From: a virus
Taxonomy: Duplodnaviria; Caudoviricetes
DNA: 64,000 nucleotides
Direction: 5' to 3' (one strand)
IMG/VR virus record: IMGVR_UViG_2684623061_000003
Coordinates: 2,999-66,998 of that record
Position 1 is the first letter of the stretch. Every line of letters begins with the position of its first letter. Under the pieces are notes generated by a model, which was not told where the DNA came from, ran no database searches, and saw nothing but the letters and a program-made list of their open reading frames with translations. The position numbers and the translations under genes were made by a program. Shown here one piece after another: positions 9,256 to 18,959 of this stretch.

Positions 9256-11550
9256 ATGATTGACTTCAATGACGCAGCACCGTTGGAAGAGACCAAGCAA
9301 CCCACGCGACCCGAGCGCGATCAGGTCCGAACGCAGCTGCTGCTGCGCTTGGAAGCTGTGCTCAAATCGCTGTACCCCGAAGGCCGCGTGCGCCGCGATC
9401 GGTTCACCATTGGCGATGTTCGCGGCGCCGCAGGCGACAGTCTCGAAGTCGCTCTGAGCGGAGAGAAGGCCGGGCTATGGAACGACCACGCCACGGGCGA
9501 AGGAGGTGATCTCTTCGACCTGGTTGCGGCACAGGCCCGCCTGGATGCGCGGCGCGACTTCGCCGCGGTGCTCAGCCGCGCCGCTGAGTTGGTGGGTCAT
9601 ATGCTGGCACCGGCTGCCGCCTCGCCAACCAAGAAGCGCCGGTCGGAGCCCGCGCTGGATGAGTTCGGCCCCCACACGGCGCGTTGGGATTACCTGAGTG
9701 CCGACGGTGAGCTGATCGCATGTGTCTACCGCTATGACCCGCCCGAGGGCAAGCAATACCGACCCTGGGACGCCAAGCGGCGCAAGCACCAAGCACCGAC
9801 ACCGCGGCCGCTCTACAACCAGCCCGGCGTCGCCGCGGCGACCGAGGTCGTCCTGGTCGAAGGCGAGAAATCGGCCAATGCGTTGATCGAGCGCGGCGCC
9901 TGCGCCACGACCTCGATGAACGGCGCGAACGCGCCGATCGATAAGACCGATTGGTCGCCGCTTTGCGGAAAGCACGTGCTGATCTGGCCCGATAAGGACA
10001 AGCCCGGCTGGGAGTACGCGATGCAGGCGGCGCAGGCTGCCTTCAAAGCCGGCGCCGACTCGTGCGCGTTGCTGCACCTGCCCGACGACAAACCGCTGGC
10101 TTGGGACGCAGCCGACGCCGCCGAGGACGGCTTCGACATTGACGGTTTCCTGCGCGCGGGCGAGCGCACGTTCCTGTCGCCTGGAAACGATGACGCACCG
10201 CCGCCGATCGACTTCGACGGCCTGGATTGGAGCAGCGACGACGGTCTTGGCCTGGCCTTTACCCGCCACTTCGTCGACGACTGGCGCTATTGCGCGGCTT
10301 GGGGCCAGTGGCTGAGCTGGACCGGAGCGCGCTGGAACCCAGATCGGACCCTGGTCCTGCAACACCTAGTGCGCGGCGTCTGCCGTGCAGCACAGGCATT
10401 CGCCGACAAGCCCTCGCAACGATCCAAGCTGGCGTCAGCCTCCACCGTGGGCGGCGTAGAACGCTTGGCCCGAAGCGATCCGCGCCACGCCTCGTTCGCC
10501 GAAGACTGGGACCGCGACCTGTGGGCGTTGAATACGCCCAACGGCATTGTCGATCTGCGCAGCGGCCAACTGCGCCGGCATGCCCGCGGCGAGCACATGA
10601 CTAAGCTGACCACCGCCAGCCCGGGCGGTGAGTGCCCAATCTGGCGGAACTTCCTGGGCGGTGTAACCGGCGGCGATGGCGAACTGGCGGGCTATCTGCA
10701 GCGGGTCGTGGGCTACTGCCTGACCGGTGTCACCCGCGAACATGCGCTGTTCTTCCTGTATGGCACCGGCGCCAACGGCAAGTCCGTGTTCGTGAACACC
10801 ATAGCGACGATCCTGGGCGACTACGGCACCAATGCGCCGATGGATACGTTCATGGAGAGCCGGGGCGATAGGCACCCGACCGACCTTGCTGGCCTGCGCG
10901 GTGCACGCTTTGTCGCCGCTAGCGAGACCGAGCAAGGACGACGCTGGAATGAGGCCAAGCTCAAGGCCATCACCGGCGGCGACAAGATCTCCGCGCGATT
11001 TATGCGTCAGGATTTCTTCGAGTACATCCCGCAGTTCAAGCTGGTGATCGCTGGCAACCACAAGCCGGCCATCCGCAACGTGGACGAGGCGATGAAGCGG
11101 CGCCTGCATATGGTCCCGTTCACCGTGACCATTCCACCGGAGCGGCGCGACGGTCGACTGACCGAGAAACTCCTGGCCGAGCGCGACGGGATCATGGCCT
11201 GGGCCGTGCAGGGCTGCCTGGATTGGCAGCGCGTCGGACTGCGCCCTCCCCAATGCGTGGTCGATGCGACCGAGGAGTACTTCGAGGAAGAGGATCGCGT
11301 CGGCGAGTTCATCAGCGAGGACTGCTACGTGCACTGCGACGCGCGAGTGTCGATCGAGGATGTGTTCCATCGCTGGCGCGAGCGCGGAGAGCAGCGCGGC
11401 GAGTACGTCGGCACGTCCCGCTGGCTGGTTCAGCAGCTCATGTCACGAGGGTTCACCCGCATGCGCCTGACCGGGGGCGTCAAGGGCCTCGTAGGCATTT
11501 CGCTAAAGCCGCGCTCGCAAAACACCCGCCTTCCTTACGCCGACAACTGA
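9256..11550 (+). CDS. P4/D5-family primase-helicase (Toprim + SF3 helicase)
   Basis: LVEGEKSA, IWPDKD, D5_N region (LNTPNGIVDLRSG), Walker A GTGANGKS, GNHKP. Confidence 0.92.
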   Translation: MIDFNDAAPLEETKQPTRPERDQVRTQLLLRLEAVLKSLYPEGRVRRDRFTIGDVRGAAGDSLEVALSGEKAGLWNDHATGEGGDLFDLVAAQARLDARRDFAAVLSRAAELVGHMLAPAAASPTKKRRSEPALDEFGPHTARWDYLSADGELIACVYRYDPPEGKQYRPWDAKRRKHQAPTPRPLYNQPGVAAATEVVLVEGEKSANALIERGACATTSMNGANAPIDKTDWSPLCGKHVLIWPDKDKPGWEYAMQAAQAAFKAGADSCALLHLPDDKPLAWDAADAAEDGFDIDGFLRAGERTFLSPGNDDAPPPIDFDGLDWSSDDGLGLAFTRHFVDDWRYCAAWGQWLSWTGARWNPDRTLVLQHLVRGVCRAAQAFADKPSQRSKLASASTVGGVERLARSDPRHASFAEDWDRDLWALNTPNGIVDLRSGQLRRHARGEHMTKLTTASPGGECPIWRNFLGGVTGGDGELAGYLQRVVGYCLTGVTREHALFFLYGTGANGKSVFVNTIATILGDYGTNAPMDTFMESRGDRHPTDLAGLRGARFVAASETEQGRRWNEAKLKAITGGDKISARFMRQDFFEYIPQFKLVIAGNHKPAIRNVDEAMKRRLHMVPFTVTIPPERRDGRLTEKLLAERDGIMAWAVQGCLDWQRVGLRPPQCVVDATEEYFEEEDRVGEFISEDCYVHCDARVSIEDVFHRWRERGEQRGEYVGTSRWLVQQLMSRGFTRMRLTGGVKGLVGISLKPRSQNTRLPYADN

Positions 11551-11553
11551 GCC

Positions 11554-11653
11554 CGAGTGACCGAAAGTGTCTGAAGAATCGTAAGTCCCTATACGCGTGT
11601 GCGCGCACACACGCGTATAGACTTACGTTCTGACGGTCTCTTTCGGTCACTCG
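11554..11653. repeat. Nested ~100-bp palindrome after the primase; putative replication origin
   Basis: Arms cgagtgaccgaaag/ctttcggtcactcg, cgtaagtc/gacttacg, ctatacgcgtgtg/cacacgcgtatag. Confidence 0.7.
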
Positions 11654-11676
11654 CTCGATGACTGAGAGACAAAACA

Positions 11677-12249
11677 ATGATTTACGAAGCACCCACGCTG
11701 GGCACTGAGCGCCGCGCCACCGGATCGAACACCCGTTCCGATTCGCGCATTGTCGCCGACCATGCTCCTTTCCCTGATGGTACGGCCACGCCGACGATCC
11801 TGGCTCTCGACCTGGGCACCACCCTGGGCTGGGCACTTCGGCTCTCCGGCCAGGTCATGGGCGGCACCGAATCGTTCAAGGTCGGCCGCTTCGAAGGCGG
11901 CGGGATGCGTTACCTGCGGTTTGTCCGCTGGCTCGATGACCTCTGGCGCTTCGCCGGACGGCCCTCGATGCTCTACTTCGAGGAGGTGCGTCAACACCGC
12001 GGCGTTGATGCGGCGCACGTCTATGGTGGTTTCCTGGCCCAGCTCACGGCCTGGTGCGAGCGTCATGCCGTTCCATACCAGGGTGTCCCGGTCGGCACGA
12101 TCAAGAAGTTCGCCACCGGCAAGGGCAACGCCGACAAGGCGGCAATGATCGAAGCGGCGAAGCGTTGGGGCCATCGACCGGAGGACGACAACGAAGCGGA
12201 CGCACTGGCCCTGTTGCATTGGGCAATCGCCCAGGAGGTCAAGCCATGA
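11677..12249 (+). CDS. RuvC-like Holliday junction resolvase
   Basis: ILALDLGTTLGWA, YFEEV, IKKFATGKGNADK, DDNEADALALL. Confidence 0.85.
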   Translation: MIYEAPTLGTERRATGSNTRSDSRIVADHAPFPDGTATPTILALDLGTTLGWALRLSGQVMGGTESFKVGRFEGGGMRYLRFVRWLDDLWRFAGRPSMLYFEEVRQHRGVDAAHVYGGFLAQLTAWCERHAVPYQGVPVGTIKKFATGKGNADKAAMIEAAKRWGHRPEDDNEADALALLHWAIAQEVKP

Positions 12250-12455
12250 TGGCGCCCGAGTTCCGGTACCGCTCCCCGTTAGGCCGCTTCATGCCACAGA
12301 CGCTGGACCTCGACCGGCTCAAGCGCGAGGGCTGGCGTCAGCAGGGCTTACTCGTGGTATCCGCCGAGGACTCACGCCTGGACTGGGTAGAACGGCAGTT
12401 GTTGAACCAGATCGCCGAGCGCCTCTACGGCAAACGGGAGCATGCCCATGGCTGA
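12246..12455 (+). CDS. Small conserved phage protein
   Basis: ATGA-coupled; LKREGWRQQGLLVV..D.RL.W.ER. Confidence 0.7.
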   Translation: MMAPEFRYRSPLGRFMPQTLDLDRLKREGWRQQGLLVVSAEDSRLDWVERQLLNQIAERLYGKREHAHG

Positions 12456-12876
12456 GTGGACCGTCCAGAAAGTCGCCGATCAGTTCCAGGAGGCGGCCAT
12501 CACCGCCCGCCGACTGCCGCCGGCCAAGGTGCAGGGCTACGCGTCGTATTGGCCGGACATCCAGCGGCAGTCATGGGAAGGCTACTCAGACGAGCGAATC
12601 GTCCTGCGCTTTGCTGCATCGCCTGCGGCGATTGACCGCTTCGGGCAGACCGTGCGGTGGCTGAGGTGGCTGGACGAGGAACAACGGCGCCTGGTCTGGC
12701 TGAGGGCCCAGCAAGTGCCGTGGCGCGAGGTCTGCACGCGTACTGGGCTGATCCGCAAGACGGCGTGGCGTCGATGGCAACACGCACTGGTTCTGGTGAC
12801 CGTTCACCTCAATGGCCCGTTGCCGCGCTTCGCGGCGGTCAAAACCGTTGATGATCGAACGGCGTTGTCCTATTGA
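12448..12876 (+). CDS. DUF6362-like putative late transcription regulator
   Basis: WT...VA..F.EA..T.RRLP..K.QGY..YWP; sigma-region-4-like C-terminus; last gene of the early operon. Confidence 0.7.
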   Translation: MAEWTVQKVADQFQEAAITARRLPPAKVQGYASYWPDIQRQSWEGYSDERIVLRFAASPAAIDRFGQTVRWLRWLDEEQRRLVWLRAQQVPWREVCTRTGLIRKTAWRRWQHALVLVTVHLNGPLPRFAAVKTVDDRTALSY

Positions 12877-12930
12877 CCCCCGCTGTCCCCTGGTGTCACC
12901 AAGGAGCAAAAACGGGGTGTCCCAAACACC

Positions 12931-12977
12931 CCGGTTTTGACCTAGCCTAGTCGGCATGCTGATCGCGGCGTGCCGGG
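12931..12977 (+). repeat. 47-bp direct repeat, copy 1 (putative late-promoter region)
   Basis: ccggttttgacctagcctagtcggcatgctgatcgcggcgtgccggg; 43/47 identical to 13730-13776. Confidence 0.9.
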
Positions 12978-13225
12978 AACCAATCGCGAAGTTCGGCAGA
13001 GACTAGAGTCAGGCCGTAAGCCTTAAAGCGTCCACTAAATCCATACGGCCATTTATGCGAAAGCGTCTCGAAACTGAGCATCACTTGCGACAGGCTTTCA
13101 CTCTCAACGGTAACGTTCGTGGCCTCGGGCATTCGAGCGAGAGCAAACATAGCTAAGTCTCGAAGGGGATCTGTGTGGCTTTGTCGGCCGGAAGCCCTCT
13201 CAACTATTACGACATGTTTCAACAT
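12947..13225 (-). CDS. Small hypothetical protein, paralog of 13328-13582
   Basis: MLKHVVIV...LAMFALARMPEATNVTVE...LSFET...YGL...DWF. Confidence 0.7.
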   Translation of the reverse strand: MLKHVVIVERASGRQSHTDPLRDLAMFALARMPEATNVTVESESLSQVMLSFETLSHKWPYGFSGRFKAYGLTLVSAELRDWFPARRDQHAD

Positions 13226-13327
13226 GAGCAGAACCTCTGAGCTATCGATCCGTAACAATGTCATGCATTGATTCGCGATCAATAGACGACCAAGAATTCC
13301 TTACGCCCAAGAAGACATCTCGTTGCG

Positions 13328-13582
13328 CTACGACAACCAATCAACACGTCGCGTGGCAGTTGATTTCAGCCCAAAGGATGCAAGTTGGTCGATGAGGCCT
13401 GATAGAGCCACTGACCCGTCGGTCTCGAATGTCAACTCCGCCTCCGACTTCGTTTGGCGCTCGATACTGACATTCCTGATACCGGGGACACGATCAAGGG
13501 CTATCCGCGCTAACTCACCAATCGGCACCGCTCGCAGCAATCCCGAGGTCGGCTTAACAACGGCAACTAGATGCTTTGTCAT
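13328..13582 (-). CDS. Small hypothetical protein, paralog of 12947-13225
   Basis: MTKHLVAV...LARIALDRVPGIRNVSIE...LTFET...FGL...DWL; GGAG RBS. Confidence 0.7.
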   Translation of the reverse strand: MTKHLVAVVKPTSGLLRAVPIGELARIALDRVPGIRNVSIERQTKSEAELTFETDGSVALSGLIDQLASFGLKSTATRRVDWLS

Positions 13583-13729
13583 GAGAAACGGGCTCCGACA
13601 TGACAGCCATCATTGTCCTCCCAATGCGATACGTTGGAGGACCGCTAATCCGCAAAATCAGACCGCCAACGCCATTCATAGCGGAACCGGCGCACTCCCT
13701 CAATCCTGCCTCTGGAGGCCGAAGTGACT

Positions 13730-13776
13730 CCGGTTTTACCCTAGCCTAGTCGGCATGCTGATCGCGGTGTGTCGGG
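13730..13776 (+). repeat. 47-bp direct repeat, copy 2
   Basis: ccggttttaccctagcctagtcggcatgctgatcgcggtgtgtcggg. Confidence 0.9.
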
Positions 13777-13848
13777 CCGAATAGAACCTTGCCAGTTTCG
13801 CTTGCTGTTCAACACGATCCTTCGCCATTGTCACCGGACGACGGCAGG

Positions 13849-14703
13849 CTAGAAGTCCACGCATAGCGGCTGGCTGCCATGCTTGAACGGAGGAGCCTGG
13901 GCGAAGTGAGCCTGAAACAGGCTCTCTGCTTTCTTCTCGGCAGTCATCGTCTCGGCGGACGAGAGATTTTTAGCCAGCTGCGCCAGCACCGCCTGGAGTT
14001 CGGCCTTCTCCTCGCCAAGCGCACCGAGTTCTAGAAGTTTTACATAGCGATAATAGAGCGCCGGGTCCGGCGGCGGCATATAGGTGAAAGTACTTCCTGC
14101 CATCCGAGGGCTGTTAACGCCCGCCGCCAACGACACCATGCGCCAATCGCCTGCAGCTAAGCCCCTTTCAATCAGAACGGGAACAAGCTGGCGATAATTA
14201 GCATCATCCGGAGGCGGGACGCCGTGCCGCCGAGAGCGGACCCCACCGTGTCCGTAGCACGCCGCCGCTGCCATGTTTCCGCTGCGCGCAAGATCAGCAA
14301 GGAACTCGTCCACTGGGGCCGTGCGCGCAGCCGGATCGGTCGAGCATTGCCTCTCGGCCTTCTCAAAGTTACGACGCTGGACTTCCGACAGGGTGCTTAG
14401 CGGGTCACCCGATGTAGCTTGGGCCTGGATGGCAGCCGTCTCTCGAAAGAAGTCAGCCCTTTTGCAGGCGAAGGCCGCGTTGAGGATCCTGCGCTTCCGC
14501 TCGACATCTATGCTGCCGCTAAGGACTTGTACGCTGCGTTCGTCGGGGATTACGGCTTGATCTGGGCTGGTCCTTAAGTCCTGAGAAGTAGCGTGCTTTG
14601 CTGCCGGCGACTGGGTGTTTTCGGCTACAAGTCGGTCACTCATTCCGAAGACCAACAGGGCTAAACCAATCACAACAAACAGAACTGCGGTCCACTTACG
14701 CAC
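13849..14703 (-). CDS. Membrane-anchored or secreted hypothetical protein (helical, SEL1-like C-terminus)
   Basis: N-terminal hydrophobic segment MRKWTAVLFVVIGLALLVFG; AGGA RBS. Confidence 0.65.
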   Translation of the reverse strand: MRKWTAVLFVVIGLALLVFGMSDRLVAENTQSPAAKHATSQDLRTSPDQAVIPDERSVQVLSGSIDVERKRRILNAAFACKRADFFRETAAIQAQATSGDPLSTLSEVQRRNFEKAERQCSTDPAARTAPVDEFLADLARSGNMAAAACYGHGGVRSRRHGVPPPDDANYRQLVPVLIERGLAAGDWRMVSLAAGVNSPRMAGSTFTYMPPPDPALYYRYVKLLELGALGEEKAELQAVLAQLAKNLSSAETMTAEKKAESLFQAHFAQAPPFKHGSQPLCVDF

Positions 14704-14939
14704 GACTGCATCGTCCTAATGAGAGGCTGACCACGACGGCCTTCCTTGTTCTGATCCCGTCGTCGTACTCCATACCCATCGCCTGCTCCCTGCATCGTTG
14801 ATTTGGGTCTTAGCTTATCTCGCAACGTCGTCGTCACACAGGCCGCACGTGCGGCGCGCATTTTGGCCGCAACCGCGCCCCTCTCGACAGACCGCGGCCC
14901 ACGTCGGCCCGCACGTCGCGCCAGTCGGCCTGAAATCGC

Positions 14940-14995
14940 GGGTCCTTCCCCTAGCACAAATCGAGCGGGGGGCCAAGCCGCAAAACCCCGCTAGC
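14940..14995 (+). other. Putative lambda-like cos site (cosQ-like GGGTCCT followed by G-rich cosN-like segment)
   Basis: gggtccttccctagcacaaatcgagcggggggccaagccgc resembles lambda GGGTCCT...GGGCGGCGACCTCGCG; phage has a gpA-type terminase. Confidence 0.55.
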
Positions 14996-15053
14996 GTCGA
15001 TCCTTTCATTCGGGTTTGCAGTCCCTGCAACCCGGTTCGCATTCGGACCTCCC

Positions 15054-16379
15054 TTGAGCCTTCAGATCGAACAGCGCCCGATCGAGGCGCTCATTCCATT
15101 TGCGCGGAACGCACGAACGCACTCCGACGCGCAGGTCGCGCAGATTGCCGCCAGCATCGTGGAGTTCGGCTGGACCAATCCGATCCTGGTCGATGGAACC
15201 AGCGGCATCATCGCCGGCCACGGTCGATTGCTTGCCGCACGCCAACTCGGACTTGCGCAAGTGCCGGTGATCGAACTGGCACACCTAACCCCGGCACAGA
15301 AACGCGCCTACGTCATCGCCGATAATCGGTTGGCTGAGAATGCTGGTTGGGACGAGGAACTGCTGAAGCTGGAGTTGGCCGAGCTTCGCGACGCGGAGTT
15401 CGATCTGGACCTGCTCGGCTTCACCGAAGACGAACTGGACGATCTGCTGATCGATGACCACTCCGGTCTAACCGATGATGACGAGGTGCCGGAGCCGACC
15501 GATCATCCGGTTTCGCGCCCCGGTGACGTCTGGATCTGTGGTGGCCACAAGGTGCTGTGCGGCGATGCCACCAGCAGCGACGATTACGCCGCCCTGCTCG
15601 GCGATGAGCTGGTGGACATGACGTTCACTGATCCGCCTTACAACGTCGATTATTCCAACAACCCCAAGGACAAGCTGCGCGGCAAGCACCGCCCAATCCT
15701 CAACGACAACTTGGGCTCCGACTTCGGCGCATTCCTACACGCCGCCTGCCAACAGATCCTGACGGCGACCAAGGGTGCCGTCTACATGGCTATGTCGTCG
15801 TCAGAACTGGACCGTCTGCAGGAAGCCTTCCGCGCAGCTGGCGGTCGCTGGTCCACCTTCATCATCTGGGCCAAAAACAAGTTCACGATGGGCCATGCCG
15901 ATTATCAGCGGCAGTACGAGCCGATCCTCTACGGGTGGCGGGACGGCAACGACCGGTTTTGGTGCGGCGCGCGCGACCAAGGCGACGTTTGGTTCATTGA
16001 CCGAACCAGCAAAAACGACCTCCATCCGACCATGAAGCCGGTCGCGCTGGTCGAGCGGGCAATCCGCAACAGCAGCAAGACCCGCGATCTGATCCTCGAT
16101 CCGTTCGGTGGATCAGGCACGACGATGATCGCTTGCGAGAAGACTGGCCGTCGGGCCCGGCTGATGGAGTTGGACCCAAAGTACGTCGATGTAGTCGTTC
16201 GACGCTGGCAGGACCATAGCGGACAAGCTGCGATGCGCTCCATTGATGGTCGAACATTTGACGAACTTGCGGCAAAACCCACTCCCGAGGGAGTAGAACG
16301 GACCTGTGGGGTCGGGGGGCTCACAGGTCGGTCCACCATGTCTACCGGCATCATCGAGTGTGAAGCCCCTCCGCCTTAA
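15054..16379 (+). CDS. ParB-like N-domain fused to N6/N4 DNA methyltransferase
   Basis: NARTHS..Q...IAASI.EFGW.NPIL, GHGR, IADNRL; TDPPYN; HPTMKP; LDPFGGSGTT. Confidence 0.92.
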   Translation: MSLQIEQRPIEALIPFARNARTHSDAQVAQIAASIVEFGWTNPILVDGTSGIIAGHGRLLAARQLGLAQVPVIELAHLTPAQKRAYVIADNRLAENAGWDEELLKLELAELRDAEFDLDLLGFTEDELDDLLIDDHSGLTDDDEVPEPTDHPVSRPGDVWICGGHKVLCGDATSSDDYAALLGDELVDMTFTDPPYNVDYSNNPKDKLRGKHRPILNDNLGSDFGAFLHAACQQILTATKGAVYMAMSSSELDRLQEAFRAAGGRWSTFIIWAKNKFTMGHADYQRQYEPILYGWRDGNDRFWCGARDQGDVWFIDRTSKNDLHPTMKPVALVERAIRNSSKTRDLILDPFGGSGTTMIACEKTGRRARLMELDPKYVDVVVRRWQDHSGQAAMRSIDGRTFDELAAKPTPEGVERTCGVGGLTGRSTMSTGIIECEAPPP

Positions 16380-16387
16380 CAGCGGGC

Positions 16388-17356
16388 CTACCAAGAAGGA
16401 TTGTTGGGCCATTTGGCGGGCCTTGTATCCGGGCACCTGCTATCCGTCGGGCTTAGCGAGGGGTCTGCTTGACCAGCCAAGATGGGGCCCTTGCTCTCAG
16501 AAGGTCCGGTGGGACCACTGGTCATACCGCTGGCACCGAAGAAGTCGACATTGAACCGTTCAAGGAGGGTCAGTGCTCCGCGCTCTCCCCACTGAACATG
16601 AGTTCCATACCACGGCTGCTGCGTAATATCGACCGGGGGCTGATTGCCCACGTCGAAACGAATGCCGTACTTCGCTTCGTCTTGTATCGGTGGAAAGTCG
16701 CTGCGCCAATGGCCAGGCGCAGGCACATTCACGTGCGTTCCCTTCCCGACAAAGACAACAGGACGGCCGTTCTCGTTTGGAGCATCGGCCCAGGAACGTT
16801 CGATCGTCGATTTGCTATGGGCGCTATAACGAACTGCTGTGGGCTGTAAGTTGTCATCGAGCTGGAGGGTGATCTTCTCCCAGTCACCCTCATGATTCTG
16901 TACATCGCCTGCTCCCGGCGATCCATCGTTGTACGAATAGAAGAAGTGATAGGTCAGGGTGTTGCTCTCTGCGTCGTATTGGTAAAGATTCTTGCTATTC
17001 TTCAAGTCTCCATCGCGGGCATAGTCCAGGTTCTCGTCATCATGGTCGAGAAACTTTGGAGTCTCCGACCTATCATTGGCAGGGCCAATTTCTAGCAAGT
17101 CTTCCGCGGTTACTTTGCCCTTTCCGCTTAGCGTCCCATCCTCCATGTAGTGCTTGTCTTCGCGCAAGCTTGACTGGTCGATGAAGGTGTTCGGATCTTG
17201 CAGGAAATTCTCTTCCATCGGATGAAAGTAGAGGATCGGGGCGTAGCGCTCTGCAAGCTCCTGCTGCTGAATCGGCGTGAGTGCCGGCGGCCCGGGGGGC
17301 TCCGGCAAAGGTGACATAGGCAGCCGAGACGGTCCCGGAATATCGGACGGATACAT
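16388..17356 (-). CDS. Vps62-related protein (HEGDWE motif), cargo gene
   Basis: LAERYAPILYFHP.E, YHFFYSYN, NHEGDWE.I...L, YSAH, RPVVFVGKGTH; GGAGAG RBS. Confidence 0.7.
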   Translation of the reverse strand: MYPSDIPGPSRLPMSPLPEPPGPPALTPIQQQELAERYAPILYFHPMEENFLQDPNTFIDQSSLREDKHYMEDGTLSGKGKVTAEDLLEIGPANDRSETPKFLDHDDENLDYARDGDLKNSKNLYQYDAESNTLTYHFFYSYNDGSPGAGDVQNHEGDWEKITLQLDDNLQPTAVRYSAHSKSTIERSWADAPNENGRPVVFVGKGTHVNVPAPGHWRSDFPPIQDEAKYGIRFDVGNQPPVDITQQPWYGTHVQWGERGALTLLERFNVDFFGASGMTSGPTGPSESKGPILAGQADPSLSPTDSRCPDTRPAKWPNNPSW

Positions 17357-17641
17357 GATTGCTCTCCATTGCGGCGAAGATTCGCCACCTAGAAGCGTAC
17401 TCAAGTGAGTGAATAGAGGTATTCGTGGTGACCCTAGAGTGCGTTGACCAATTTCTGTGTGGACGGTCTATATCTCGTAGCACATTCAGCGTAGTGGTGA
17501 TCCAATTCAACATCACATAGTGGTCTGCGTCATAGCGCATTGTACTGACCATAAATCAATCACGATTGCTAACTCCATCGCGGCCGAAGGCGGATTCCTA
17601 TATCGAGACGCAGCCAACCGCAATCAAAGCTGCCTGTTGCT

Positions 17642-17987
17642 CGGTGTGCGCGATATGGGCGACGCCTGGTTAGTCGACCGCACCAGCAAGAACGACCTTC
17701 ACCCGACCATGAAGCCAGTGGCGTTGGTCGAACGGGCGATCCGCAATAGCAGCAAGAGTCGCGATCTCATCCTCGATCCGTTCGGCGGTTCGGGCACGAC
17801 GATGATCGCCTGCAAGAAGACCGCCCGCCGCGCGCGCCTGATAGAACTGGACCCGAAGTACGCGGACGTGATCGTCCGGCGCTGGCAAGATCACACCGGC
17901 CAAGCGGCCACCAGGCAATCGGATGGCGTCCTATTCGAGCATGCAGCGCGCGATGCTGAGGCCGAAGCAAAGGCCGCGCTCGCATGA
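17642..17987 (+). pseudogene. Stranded duplicate 3-prime end of the N6/N4 methyltransferase gene
   Basis: RTSKNDLHPTMKPVALVERAIRNSSK...LDPFGGSGTT...RRWQDH near-identical in protein to 15965-16270; its TGA overlaps the next ATG. Confidence 0.9.
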
Positions 17988-18959
17988 CCCGGCCGCTTAC
18001 TACAACGAAATTGATCCCTACCTTTGCGGTTGGCTGCGCAATCTCATTGCGGCCGACCTGATTCTCCCTGGCGACGTCGATGACCGAGACATTCGATCTG
18101 TTCGCGCAGACGACCTGCGCGGCTACGGCCAGTGCCACTTCTTCGCCGGCATCGGCGGCTTCGCCTACGCCTGCCGACTCGCGGGCTGGCCGGATGACGA
18201 GCCGGTCTGGACGCTGGCTTCCCCTGCCAGCCGTTCAGCGTTGCAGGCCGCCAGCGCGCGCAAGCGGACGACCGCCACCTCTGGCCGGAACTGCGCCGCC
18301 TTATTGCATCGGCGCGCCCCTCTCTATTCGTGGCCGAGAACGTTGCTGGCCTCGTCGCGCTGGGCCTCGACGGAGTTCTTGCTGACCTGGAGGCTGAAGG
18401 CTACGCCAGCCGGGCGATTGTTGTTCCAGCTTGCACCGTCGACGCCCCGCACCGACGCGACCGGGTTTGGATCGTCGGTAGCCGTTTGGCCGACCGCGAC
18501 GGCGAACGACCCCGAGAAGCGAGGCGACTTTGCGGCCGAACGACGCAATGGCCTGCCTGGGGTAGCGAAGGCGGTGTGGAGCACGCTCGGGCGAGCGACG
18601 GCGAGAAGGGCGGGCCGAATCAACAGTTCGGCAGTGGGTCGACCCGACCGCTGACGGCGCAGGCGGTCTGGGCGACACCGACGGTGCGCGATCACAAAGA
18701 CGCATCGAGCATTGGCAGCGCACCGGAGAATGGGATGCTTGGCAGACAAGTCAAACCCTCGCCGGTCGCCGGGTATCTCAATCCGAAATTCGTCTTCTGG
18801 CTGATGGGATATCCGCCCGAATTCCTAAGCTGCGCGCCGCCGGCAATGCGATTGTCCCGCAGGTCGCCGCCGAAATCCTCCGCGCCCTGCGGGGCTGACG
18901 TCGCGCACGTGCGCGACGTCAAGACGTTGGTTCAGCCCACTACGGCAAGTCCCACGTAG
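17984..18959 (+). pseudogene. C5 cytosine methyltransferase with an overlapping alternative-frame subunit; three apparent 1-nt deletions
   Basis: HFFAGIGG (frame 1), GFPCQPFS and ENV (frame 3), GNAIVPQVA (frame 2); alternative frame carries WPTAT/WATPT repeats and LNPKF..WLMGYP. Confidence 0.8.

Noticed and set aside
15965-17947. Methyltransferase duplication as a DGR template/variable repeat pair
   Set aside because: Differences are mostly synonymous and not adenine-specific; no reverse transcriptase in the window
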